NCBI GenBank assembly: GCA_016223105.1
Contig: JACRPR010000009.1
Coordinates: forward strand, 2,099-66,098
DNA length: 64,000 bases
Source: Chloroflexota bacterium
Lineage (GTDB): Bacteria; Chloroflexota; Anaerolineae; UBA4142
Direction of reading: 5' to 3'
Shown: positions 52,470 to 61,335 of the stretch, piece after piece
How positions within the stretch are numbered: the first letter of the stretch is position 1
Layout of the letters: the number at the start of each line of letters is the position of its first letter
The notes under the pieces: model-generated
Database searches by the model: none
What the model saw: only the letters and a program-made list of their open reading frames with translations
What the model was told of the DNA's origin: nothing
Program-made: the position numbers and the translations under genes

Positions 52470-53501
52470 ATGATCAACACAGCAACGGTCGCGAACATTC
52501 AACCCGCGACGCGCGACGCGACATTATCGGTTACGCGCGAACAGGGTTTGGAATTGTGGCGGCAAATGGTCTTGATCCGGCGTTTTGAAGAGCGCGCGGA
52601 GCAAGCATACACCGAGGGTAAGATCGGCGGCTTTATGCATCTCTACATCGGCGAGGAAGCGATTGCCGTCGGCGCGCTCGCGGGACTGAATCCGGACGAT
52701 GACGTGGTAACGCACTATCGCGATCACGGCTACGCGCTCGCGCGCGATCTCGCGCCGAACGCGTTGATGGCGGAATTGTACGGCAAAGCGACCGGCGTGT
52801 GCAAAGGCAAGGGCGGCTCGATGCACTTTGCCGATCCCAGGAAACATTTTTGGGGCGGGTACGCGATTGTCGGCGGACACATTCCGCTCGCGGTCGGACT
52901 CGCGTTCGCCGCGCAATATCAAAATCAACCGCGCGTCGCGGTCGCGATTTTCGGCGACGGCGCGACGAACATCGGAATGTTTCACGAATCGTTGAATATG
53001 GCAAAAGTGTGGAACGTGCCGCTGATCATTCTCGTCGAGAACAATCAGTACGGAATGGGCACCGCCGTTCAGCGCGCGTCCGCCGTGCCGGATATGATCA
53101 CGAAAGCGTTGGCGTACAACATCCCGGCGATCCAGGTGGATGGCAATGATGTGCTCGCGATGCGCGAGGTGATGCTGAACGCCGCGCAAAATGCGCGTCG
53201 TGGTGAAGGTCCGCAATTTATCGAAGCGCACACCTATCGCTGGCGCGGACACTCGATGGGCGATCCGCAACGCTATCGTTCAAAAGATGAAGTTGAAAAA
53301 ATGAAAACGCGCGATCCGATTGCGCGCTTTGAAAATCGTTTGCTCGAATACGCGCGCGCAACCCAGGATGATTTCGCGCGCGGGCGCGCCGAAGTCGAGC
53401 GTGTCGCGGCAGAGGCAATCGAATTTGCCGAGACGAGTCCCTTCCCGGATCCGGCGGAGTTGTATACCGATGTGTTCGCACCGGAGGTAACGAATGGCTG
53501 A
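52470..53501 (+). CDS. TPP-dependent 2-oxoacid/acetoin dehydrogenase E1 alpha subunit
   Basis: GDGATNIGMFHESLNMA TPP-binding motif. Confidence 0.9.
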   Translation: MINTATVANIQPATRDATLSVTREQGLELWRQMVLIRRFEERAEQAYTEGKIGGFMHLYIGEEAIAVGALAGLNPDDDVVTHYRDHGYALARDLAPNALMAELYGKATGVCKGKGGSMHFADPRKHFWGGYAIVGGHIPLAVGLAFAAQYQNQPRVAVAIFGDGATNIGMFHESLNMAKVWNVPLIILVENNQYGMGTAVQRASAVPDMITKALAYNIPAIQVDGNDVLAMREVMLNAAQNARRGEGPQFIEAHTYRWRGHSMGDPQRYRSKDEVEKMKTRDPIARFENRLLEYARATQDDFARGRAEVERVAAEAIEFAETSPFPDPAELYTDVFAPEVTNG

Positions 53502-54465
53502 GCAAAGTTATCGCGACGCGATCAAGGACGCGTTGCGTGAAGAAATGCGCCGCGATGAACGCGTGTTTATTTTGGGCGAAGAGGTCGGCGTGTGGGGCGG
53601 CACGTACGCGGTCACGCGCGGACTGTACGACGAGTTCGGTGCGAAACGCGTGCGCGACACGCCGATTGCCGAATCGGTGATCGTCGGCGCGGCGATTGGC
53701 GCGGCAATGGGCGGCTTGCGCCCGGTCGCGGAATTGATGACGATCAATTTTTCGCTTGTCGCGATGGATCAAATCGTGAACAACGCATCGAAAATGTTCT
53801 ATATGTTCGGCGGACAATTTAGTTGCCCGGTCGTGATTCGCACGCCCGCCGGTTGGGGACAACTCGCCGCGACGCACTCGCAAAGTTTTGAAGCGTGGTA
53901 CGCGAGTTTGCCCGGCTTGATCGTCGCGATGCCGGCGACGCCGCGCGATGCGAAAGGATTGTTGAAGCGCGCGTTGCGCTCAAATAATCCGGTGATGTTC
54001 ATCGAACACGCGCGTTTATATAATGTGGTGGGCGAGGTGCCGGACGGCGATTACACGATTCCGTTCGGCGTGTCCGAGATCAAACGCGCGGGGCGCGATG
54101 TGACCATCGTATCGTACTCGCGCATGTTGCACGTCGCGCTCGCGGCGGCGAACAAACTCGCGCAGGAAAATATCGAAGCGACCGTGATCGATCTGCGAAC
54201 ACTGCGCCCGCTCGATCTCGCGCCGGTGATCGAGTCGGTGAAGCAAACGCATCGCGCGTTGATTGTCGAAGAAGATTGGGTGACGTGCGGAATGGGCGCA
54301 GAGATCGCGGCGCGCATCGGCAAGGACGCGTTCGATTATCTCGATGCGCCGGTCGAACGGCTCGGCGCGATTGAAGTGCCGATGCCGTACTCGAAACCGC
54401 TCGAAGCGCTCGCGTTGCCGGAAGAAAAACATATCATCGCGCGCGTGAAAGAGATGCTGACGTAA
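53494..54465 (+). CDS. 2-oxoacid/acetoin dehydrogenase E1 beta subunit
   Basis: Transketolase-like pyrimidine and C-terminal domains. 8-nt overlap with E1 alpha. Confidence 0.9.
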   Translation: MAEQSYRDAIKDALREEMRRDERVFILGEEVGVWGGTYAVTRGLYDEFGAKRVRDTPIAESVIVGAAIGAAMGGLRPVAELMTINFSLVAMDQIVNNASKMFYMFGGQFSCPVVIRTPAGWGQLAATHSQSFEAWYASLPGLIVAMPATPRDAKGLLKRALRSNNPVMFIEHARLYNVVGEVPDGDYTIPFGVSEIKRAGRDVTIVSYSRMLHVALAAANKLAQENIEATVIDLRTLRPLDLAPVIESVKQTHRALIVEEDWVTCGMGAEIAARIGKDAFDYLDAPVERLGAIEVPMPYSKPLEALALPEEKHIIARVKEMLT

Positions 54466-54493
54466 AACGTAAAATGTAATGCGTAAAAGAGGA
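54459..54493. repeat. Single-arm heptamer array (GACGTAA AACGTAA AATGTAA TGCGTAA ...)
   Basis: Read directly; spans the E1-beta stop and the E2 RBS. Confidence 0.8.
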
Positions 54494-54496
54494 ATG

Positions 54497-55696
54497 ATGG
54501 CAACTAATGTACTTCTTCCCGCCCTGGGATTTGATATGACGAGCGGTGCGGTCGCGCGCTGGTTGAAGCGTGAAGGCGACCTGGTTAACGCGGGCGAAGC
54601 GATTGCCGAAGTGGACACGGAAAAAGCGACGGTCGAAATTCAATCGTTCGCGAGCGGCATTCTGCAAAAAATTCTCGCGCAACCCGGACAGAATGTGCCG
54701 GTCGGTACGGTGATCGCAATCATCGGCGCGGCGGGCGAAGTGGTGAATGTTCCGGCGATGCAAACGGTCGCGGCAACTAGTTCAGCCACAAACCCGGTCG
54801 AGGAAAAAGCGCGCGAACAAAAAGGCGATGGCTGGATCAAGGCATCGCCGGTCGCGCGTAAAATCGCACAAGTTGAAAATGTAAATCTCGCGGAGATTGT
54901 TGGCACGGGACCGGGTGGGCGCATCGTCGAAAAAGATGTGAAGGAATTTCTCGCGCGGCGCGCATCGCCAACGCCTCCTTCGACTGCGCTTCGCTCCGCT
55001 CAGGAGGGCGAACCGATCGCGCTCACGCGCATTCGCCAGGCGATTGCGCGGCGAATGACCGAAAGCAAAACGACGATTCCGCATTTCTATGTTACGTTCG
55101 AGATCAACATGACCGAAGCCCTGCGGATGCGCGAGCAGTTGAACGCGCTCGCTAAAGACGACGAAAAAATTTCGGTGAACGATCTCATCGTCGCGGCGGT
55201 CGCGCGCACGTTGACGAAATGGCGCATGTTCAACGCGTCGTTGCGCGGCGACAAACTCGAACTGCACGCCGCGATCAACATCGGCATCGCGGTTGCGCGC
55301 GAGGATGGCTTGATCACGCCGGTTTTGCACGACGCGGACAAAAAATCGCTGAAAGAACTCGCGCGTGCATCACGCGCGCTCGCGGAACGAACGCGCGCGA
55401 ACACGCTTCGCGTGCGTCCCGAAGATTTGACCGGCGGTACATTTACGATCAGCAACCTGGGAATGTTCGGCGTCGAAGAATTTTCCGCGATCATCAATCC
55501 GCCCGAAGCCGCGATCCTCGCGGTGAGCGCGGTGATCAAAAAGCCGATTGTCGTCAACGACCAGGTTCAGATCGCGCAAATGCTGAAGGCGACGCTGTCG
55601 GTGGATCATCGCGTCGCCGATGGCGCGCAAGCCGCGCAAATGATGCGGGATTTGAAAATCCTGTTGGAGAATCCGGTGAATTTGTTGGTGGGGTGA
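54497..55696 (+). CDS. Dihydrolipoamide acyltransferase E2
   Basis: Lipoyl domain (EVDTEKATVEI), E3-binding domain, catalytic SVDHRVADGA. Start is 54494 or 54497 after AAGAGG. Confidence 0.9.
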   Translation: MATNVLLPALGFDMTSGAVARWLKREGDLVNAGEAIAEVDTEKATVEIQSFASGILQKILAQPGQNVPVGTVIAIIGAAGEVVNVPAMQTVAATSSATNPVEEKAREQKGDGWIKASPVARKIAQVENVNLAEIVGTGPGGRIVEKDVKEFLARRASPTPPSTALRSAQEGEPIALTRIRQAIARRMTESKTTIPHFYVTFEINMTEALRMREQLNALAKDDEKISVNDLIVAAVARTLTKWRMFNASLRGDKLELHAAINIGIAVAREDGLITPVLHDADKKSLKELARASRALAERTRANTLRVRPEDLTGGTFTISNLGMFGVEEFSAIINPPEAAILAVSAVIKKPIVVNDQVQIAQMLKATLSVDHRVADGAQAAQMMRDLKILLENPVNLLVG

Positions 55697-55703
55697 AAAA
55701 AAT

Positions 55704-56390
55704 ATGCATCTCAAAAAACAAATGATCGAATTTCCGGCGAATGGCGGAACGACGCCGGGCTACCTGGTTCAGCCAGCGGATGACGCGCCGCATCCGGGGA
55801 TCATCATCATTCAAGAATGGTGGGGCTTGGTGCCGCACATCAAAGATGTCGCGGAGCGATTTGCGCGCGAAGGGTTTATCGCGCTCGCGCCGGATTTGTA
55901 TCACGGGCAAACGACGACCGAGCCGGACGAAGCGCGTAAACTCGCGATGGCATTGGAACGCGCGCGCGCGGTCGCCGAAATTTTTTCCGCCGCGCAGTAT
56001 CTGCAATCGCTCGATGCCGTCGCGCCGAAAAAAATCGGCGTGATCGGTTGGTGTATGGGCGGCGGACTTGCGCTCTCAACCGCGGCGGAACACATTGAGA
56101 TTGGCGCGGCAATCGCGTTTTACGGCAGACCGCTCGACGCGAACGACACCGCGAAATTGCGCGTGCCCGTCCTGGGTTTGTACGGCGAACTCGATGAAGG
56201 CATTCTGGTGGAGGGGGCGCGCGCGTTTCGCGCTGAACTCCGCCGCTGGAATGTGCCGCACGAAATTCACATTTACCCGAACGCGCAACACGCGTTTTTT
56301 AACGAGACGCGTCCGCACGTTTACAATCCCATCGCCGCGCGCGATGCGTGGGCGCGCGCGCTCGCGTGGTTTCGCAAATATCTGGTGTAA
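55704..56390 (+). CDS. Dienelactone hydrolase family protein
   Basis: GWCMGG nucleophile elbow; alpha/beta hydrolase length. Confidence 0.85.
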   Translation: MHLKKQMIEFPANGGTTPGYLVQPADDAPHPGIIIIQEWWGLVPHIKDVAERFAREGFIALAPDLYHGQTTTEPDEARKLAMALERARAVAEIFSAAQYLQSLDAVAPKKIGVIGWCMGGGLALSTAAEHIEIGAAIAFYGRPLDANDTAKLRVPVLGLYGELDEGILVEGARAFRAELRRWNVPHEIHIYPNAQHAFFNETRPHVYNPIAARDAWARALAWFRKYLV

Positions 56391-56490
56391 CCGGAAATTT
56401 CGAATTGTATTTTGGTTACGCAGACAAGTGCGGACGAACGCGAATTTCTCGGCTCTCTGATTGCCTTGATCTGCGTTTGTCCGCATTTTT

Positions 56491-56623
56491 GTAAGCGTTC
56501 AGGTGTCATTGCGAGGAGCGTTTTTTGCGACGAAGCAATCTCCGCGTTGCAAGTCCGGATCGACAAGTCGGGGATTGCTTCGCAAAAACCGCTCGCAATG
56601 ACGGATGGGGCTGAACGCTTACG
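56491..56623. mobile_element. 133-bp MITE-like palindromic element, near-identical inverted copy of 21710-21845
   Basis: Perfect 12-nt TIRs GTAAGCGTTCAG / CTGAACGCTTAC. Confidence 0.7.
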
Positions 56624-56650
56624 CGTTTTTTTTGAACGGAGGAACTTGCG

Positions 56651-58069
56651 ATGGAATACCGAATTGAACAAGACTCGCTCGGCGCGGTGAATGTGCCCGC
56701 CGATGCGCTCTGGGGCGCGCAGACGCAACGCGCGATCGAAAATTTTCCGATTAGCGGATTGAAACCCTATCGCGCGTTCGTGTGGTCAATGGCGTTAATC
56801 AAACGCGCGGCGGCGGAAGTCAATCGCGAGCTGGCTTTGCTCGACGCACCGATCGCGGACGCGATTGTAACGAGCGCGCAAGAGGTGATGGACGACCGAT
56901 GGTCGGCGCAATTCGTCGTCGATCCGATCCAAGCCGGCGCAGGCACATCGCACCATATGAACGTCAACGAGGTGATCGCAAATCGCGCGAACCAATTGCT
57001 CGGCTATGCGCTCGATGATCTGAAAAAACCGGTGCATCCGAACGATCACGTCAACATGGCGCAATCCACGAACGACACGATTCCAACCGCGATTCGGCTA
57101 GGTTGTTTGTGGCGGCTCGCCGAACTCTTGCGCGCGTTGGACGCGCTCGCGGACGCGCTCGCTGTCAAGGCGCGCGAGTTTGACGACGTGGTGAAATCCG
57201 GGCGCACGCATTTGCAAGACGCGGTGCCGGTGCGACTGGGACAGGAGTTCGGCGCGTACGCGCACGCCACGCGCAATGATCGCGAACGCATCGCAACCGC
57301 CGGCGCGCGATTGCGTCGGCTGGGCATCGGCGGCACGGCGACCGGCACCGGGTTGAACGCGCACCCGGCGTATCACCGGCGAATGATCGAGCGCATCAAC
57401 ACATTGACCGATTTGAATGTTCGCAGTTCGGGCAACTTGTTCGAGTCAATGCAATCACTCGCCGACGCGGCGGATTTTTCGGCGGCAATGCATACGCTCG
57501 CGCTTACGCTCACGCGCATCGCGAACGATTTTCGTTTGCTCGCTTCTGGTCCGACGACCGGACTCGACGAGATTCGTTTGCCTGCCGTTCAACCGGGTTC
57601 TTCGATTATGCCGGGCAAGGTGAATCCGGTAATGGCGGAAATGTTGAATATGGCGTGCTATCAAGTGATGGGGAATCATCAAACGGTGATGCTCGCCGCG
57701 TCCGCCGGGCAACTCGAACTCAACGTGATGATGCCGATCCTCGCGCACAATCTGTTTCAAACGATGGACATTCTGATCAATGCGCTCAATGCGTTCACGC
57801 TGAAATGTGTTGTAGACATTCGCGCGAATCGCGAAAAGGCGGAAGCGTGGCTCGCGCAATCAACCGTCCTGGTCACCGCGCTCAACCCGGCGATCGGGTA
57901 TCTCAAGGCGGCAGAGGTTTCCAAAGAAGCGCTGACCCGCAACGCGCCGATTCGCCAGGTCGTTCTCGAAAAGGGCTATCTCACCGCCGAAGAACTCGAC
58001 AAAATTTTGGATGCGCGAAAAATGACGGAAGGCGGAATTATGGGAGGCACTGCCGGGGATAGAGTCTAG
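56651..58069 (+). CDS. Fumarate-lyase superfamily enzyme: aspartate ammonia-lyase or class II fumarase
   Basis: GSSIMPGKVNP signature. QAGAGTS and AQSTND lean toward aspartase, while ALWGAQTQR is fumarase-like. Confidence 0.85.
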   Translation: MEYRIEQDSLGAVNVPADALWGAQTQRAIENFPISGLKPYRAFVWSMALIKRAAAEVNRELALLDAPIADAIVTSAQEVMDDRWSAQFVVDPIQAGAGTSHHMNVNEVIANRANQLLGYALDDLKKPVHPNDHVNMAQSTNDTIPTAIRLGCLWRLAELLRALDALADALAVKAREFDDVVKSGRTHLQDAVPVRLGQEFGAYAHATRNDRERIATAGARLRRLGIGGTATGTGLNAHPAYHRRMIERINTLTDLNVRSSGNLFESMQSLADAADFSAAMHTLALTLTRIANDFRLLASGPTTGLDEIRLPAVQPGSSIMPGKVNPVMAEMLNMACYQVMGNHQTVMLAASAGQLELNVMMPILAHNLFQTMDILINALNAFTLKCVVDIRANREKAEAWLAQSTVLVTALNPAIGYLKAAEVSKEALTRNAPIRQVVLEKGYLTAEELDKILDARKMTEGGIMGGTAGDRV

Positions 58070-58154
58070 GATATTTGCAAACGCGTCTGCTTTCTGTACA
58101 ATAGGATTGCTCGCGCGTACAAGGGTTTCGGCTCTTGCGCCGGAGCAGATCATT

Positions 58155-61100
58155 ATGCAGTGGCAGTATTCTCCGTATCTCCTACCTTCCGGCATTGCCG
58201 CCATCGTTGCGTTTGTCGTCGCGATCCTGGCATTGCATCGCCGCACCGTCCCCGGCGCGCTGTGCTTTGCCACGCTCGCGTTTGCGATTGCCGAATGGTC
58301 GCTCGGTTATACGTTTGAACTCGCCAGCGCGAATTTAGCCGCGCAAATCTTCTGGGCAAAAATCGAATACGTGGGAATTGTTTTTACGTCCGTCGCGTGG
58401 TTCGCATTCGCGCTTGGCTACACCGACCGGCGCGATGCGCGCGGCAAATCCTACTTGACGCGTCGCGTGATCATCGGATTGTCCATCCTGCCGCTAATCA
58501 CGCTGGCGCTCGTCTGGACGAATGAACACCACAGTTTGATCTGGAGCGCGATTCGCGTGGATACCCGCGCGGGTTTTGCTATGCTCGACTTGACCCACGG
58601 CATTTGGTTTTGGATCGTCATCGGCTATTCCTACCTCTTGCTTTTACTCGGCACGATTTTATTGATCGAGTACCTGATTCACTTTCCACAATTCTATCGC
58701 GGGCAGACCGGCGCGTTACTCGTGGGCGCAGTGATTCCCTGGATCGCGAATGCGATTTACATTTTGGGTTTGAGCCCCTTTCCGCATCTCGATTTAACCC
58801 CGCTGGCGTTTACGTTGAGCGCGATCATCATCGCGTGGGGCATCTTTCGCCGGAATTTTTTGAACCTGGTGCCGGTCGCGCGCAATACGATCATCGAAAG
58901 TATGCACGATGGAGTGATCGTGCTCGACGCGCAAAAGCGCGTGGTGGACGCGAACCCAGCCGCGCTACAAATGATTGGTCGTCCGGCGACAGAGATCATT
59001 GGGCAACCTGCCGCGCAAGTTTTTTCCGCTTGGCCGCAGTTGATCGAACGGTATCGTGATGTGACAGAATCGCACGAGGAAGTTGTCGAGTGCCCCGGCG
59101 AAGCGCGACGCGTCGTCGAAATTCGCGCTTCCGCCTTGTTTGATCATCGGCACCGCATCACTGGTCGGCTCTTCAACTTGCGCGATATTACCGAGCGTCG
59201 CCGCGCGCAGGAAGCGTTGCATGAAAGTGAAGAACGCTTTCGCCGACTTTCCGAAGCGACGTTTGAAGGCATCGCGATTCACGAGCAAGGAAAAATTTTA
59301 GACGCCAATCATGCTTTTGCCGTGATGTTTGGTTACGCGCCGACCCAAGTGATCGGAATGTTCGCGGTTGATCTCGTCGCGCCCGCCGCGCGCGCAATGG
59401 TCGCGCATGCGATTGCTGTCGGATTGGAAGAGCCGTATGAAACGACCGCGCTAAAAAAAGATGGCGCGCAGTTTCCGATTGAAGTGCGCGGCAAAGCCGT
59501 GCTTTATCAAAGCCGCACCGTACGCGTCGTCGCGATCCGCGACATTACCGAACGCAAACGCGCGGAAGCAGAACTCAAAGCGTCCGAACAATATGCGCGC
59601 GGGATTATTGATCAATCGCTCGATATGATCGTAACGACGGATAACGAACGCCGCATCGTCGAATTCAATCGCGCGGCGGAGGAGACGTTTGGTTACGCGC
59701 GCGCGGAGGTTTTGGGCAAACCGATTGGGCTGCTCTATGCTAACGCGGAGGCAAGCCACGCGATCCGCGCGGCGATGCTTGCCGAGGGCAAGTTTATCGG
59801 CGAGATATCGAATCGGCGCAAGAACGGCGAAGTATTCACGAGTTTGTTGTCCGCGTTTACACTGCGCGGCGCGAACGGCGAAACCTGGGGCGTTGTCGGT
59901 GTGTCGCGCGACATTAGTGATCGCAAACGCGCCGAGCGCGATCTGCGCGCGAGCGAACAACGCTATCAAACGCTTTTTGCGGCGGCGCAACGCCAAGCCC
60001 AAGATTTAGAACTATTGCATCGCATTCGCACCGCGCTCGCGCGTGAACTCGACGTGCAAGATATTTTTCGCGTCGTCATCGCAGAAATCGCGCGCGCGTT
60101 TGGATACACCCAGATCAGTCTTTACACGCTTCAAAATGATGTCCTAAAATTGTGTCATCAAGTCGGATACGATCAAGTGCTGGAACAAATTCCGATCACG
60201 CAGGGCATTATGGGTCGCGTCGTCCGCACCGGCAAGCCGGTGTTGCTCGAAGATGTGCGCGCCGATCCGGCATTTTTGGGCGCGATTGAAGGAGTTGTTT
60301 CGGAAGTGTGTGTGCCCTTGATCGATCAAGGTCGCGTCGCCGGCACGCTCAATGTGGAAAGCACGAACGGCGTGCGCTTGACCGAATCCGATTTGAACAT
60401 AATGATCGCGCTCGGCGAACATATCACGCTTGCCATCGAACGCACGCGGCTGTTTACGCAAGCGCGCGCGAGCGAAGAAAAGCATCGGCTCTTATTGACC
60501 AGCATCCAATCGCCGGTGCTCGCGCTCTACAAAAATCTTACCATCTCGTATTGCAACGACGGCTACGCCCAACTGGTGGGCAAGCCCATCGATGAAATCG
60601 TTGGACAAAATATCTTGACTCTGTCTCCCGCGTTTCAAAAAACAAAATCTTATGCGGGATTTCTAAAATGTATTGAAACCGGATTCGCGCAACAGGCGGA
60701 AGGATGGTGGGGCGAGCGCTATTATCAAACCCATATCTATCCGACGCCCTGGGGAATTATTGTGCTGGTGGAAGATATTACCGAGCGCAAACAAGCGGAC
60801 GAGAGACTGCGTTACCTGAGCATACACGACGGCTTGACCGATCTGTACAATCGCGCGTTCTTTGAAGAAGAAATGGCGCGTCTGGAACGAAGCCGCCAAT
60901 TTCCGGTGAGCATTATGGTTGCCGATGTGGACGGTTTGAAAGTGATCAACGATCAACAAGGACACGCGGCGGGCGATCAATTATTACAACGCGCGGCGCA
61001 CGCGTTGCGCGCGATTTTTCGCGCGGAGGATATGGTCGCGCGCATCGGCGGCGATGAATTTGCCGCGCTATTGCCGCGCGCGGATATCGCGGCGGCGGAG

Positions 61101-61280
61101 ATCACCTTAACGCGAATTCGCACCAGTCTCGCGATCTTGAATGCACCGAAAGATGAACCGCCGATCATGCTTTCCCTCGGCGCGGCGACGGCGGAACTAA
61201 GTGGTTCGTTAGCGGACGCGTTCAAACAAGCCGACGCGCGAATGTACGCGGAAAAAGCATCCAAGCGCGCGCCCGCGTAA
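58155..61280 (+). CDS. Sensor diguanylate cyclase (N-terminal 7TM domain, PAS x3, GAF, PAS, GGDEF)
   Basis: RIGGDEFAALL GGDEF motif, repeated PAS-like units each followed by RDITERK, a GAF-like block. ATG 58155. Confidence 0.85.
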   Translation: MQWQYSPYLLPSGIAAIVAFVVAILALHRRTVPGALCFATLAFAIAEWSLGYTFELASANLAAQIFWAKIEYVGIVFTSVAWFAFALGYTDRRDARGKSYLTRRVIIGLSILPLITLALVWTNEHHSLIWSAIRVDTRAGFAMLDLTHGIWFWIVIGYSYLLLLLGTILLIEYLIHFPQFYRGQTGALLVGAVIPWIANAIYILGLSPFPHLDLTPLAFTLSAIIIAWGIFRRNFLNLVPVARNTIIESMHDGVIVLDAQKRVVDANPAALQMIGRPATEIIGQPAAQVFSAWPQLIERYRDVTESHEEVVECPGEARRVVEIRASALFDHRHRITGRLFNLRDITERRRAQEALHESEERFRRLSEATFEGIAIHEQGKILDANHAFAVMFGYAPTQVIGMFAVDLVAPAARAMVAHAIAVGLEEPYETTALKKDGAQFPIEVRGKAVLYQSRTVRVVAIRDITERKRAEAELKASEQYARGIIDQSLDMIVTTDNERRIVEFNRAAEETFGYARAEVLGKPIGLLYANAEASHAIRAAMLAEGKFIGEISNRRKNGEVFTSLLSAFTLRGANGETWGVVGVSRDISDRKRAERDLRASEQRYQTLFAAAQRQAQDLELLHRIRTALARELDVQDIFRVVIAEIARAFGYTQISLYTLQNDVLKLCHQVGYDQVLEQIPITQGIMGRVVRTGKPVLLEDVRADPAFLGAIEGVVSEVCVPLIDQGRVAGTLNVESTNGVRLTESDLNIMIALGEHITLAIERTRLFTQARASEEKHRLLLTSIQSPVLALYKNLTISYCNDGYAQLVGKPIDEIVGQNILTLSPAFQKTKSYAGFLKCIETGFAQQAEGWWGERYYQTHIYPTPWGIIVLVEDITERKQADERLRYLSIHDGLTDLYNRAFFEEEMARLERSRQFPVSIMVADVDGLKVINDQQGHAAGDQLLQRAAHALRAIFRAEDMVARIGGDEFAALLPRADIAAAEITLTRIRTSLAILNAPKDEPPIMLSLGAATAELSGSLADAFKQADARMYAEKASKRAPA

Positions 61281-61300
61281 GGCAAACGCTTTGCGTAAAT

Positions 61301-61328
61301 TTGCCACGCGCTCAATCTGCGTTATAAT
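61301..61328 (+). promoter_or_regulatory. Sigma70-like promoter TTGCCA-16-TATAAT immediately upstream of the lipoprotein ATG
   Basis: Read directly. The -10 ends 7 nt before ATG 61336. Confidence 0.45.
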
Positions 61329-61335
61329 GCCCGCA

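Noticed and set aside
51504-52502. The 5' two-thirds of the listed 653-aa ORF 50541..52502.
   Set aside because: It is antisense to the aldolase gene and the divergent promoter region, and it has Arg-rich nonsense composition. Recognisable SorC homology begins at ATG 51503.
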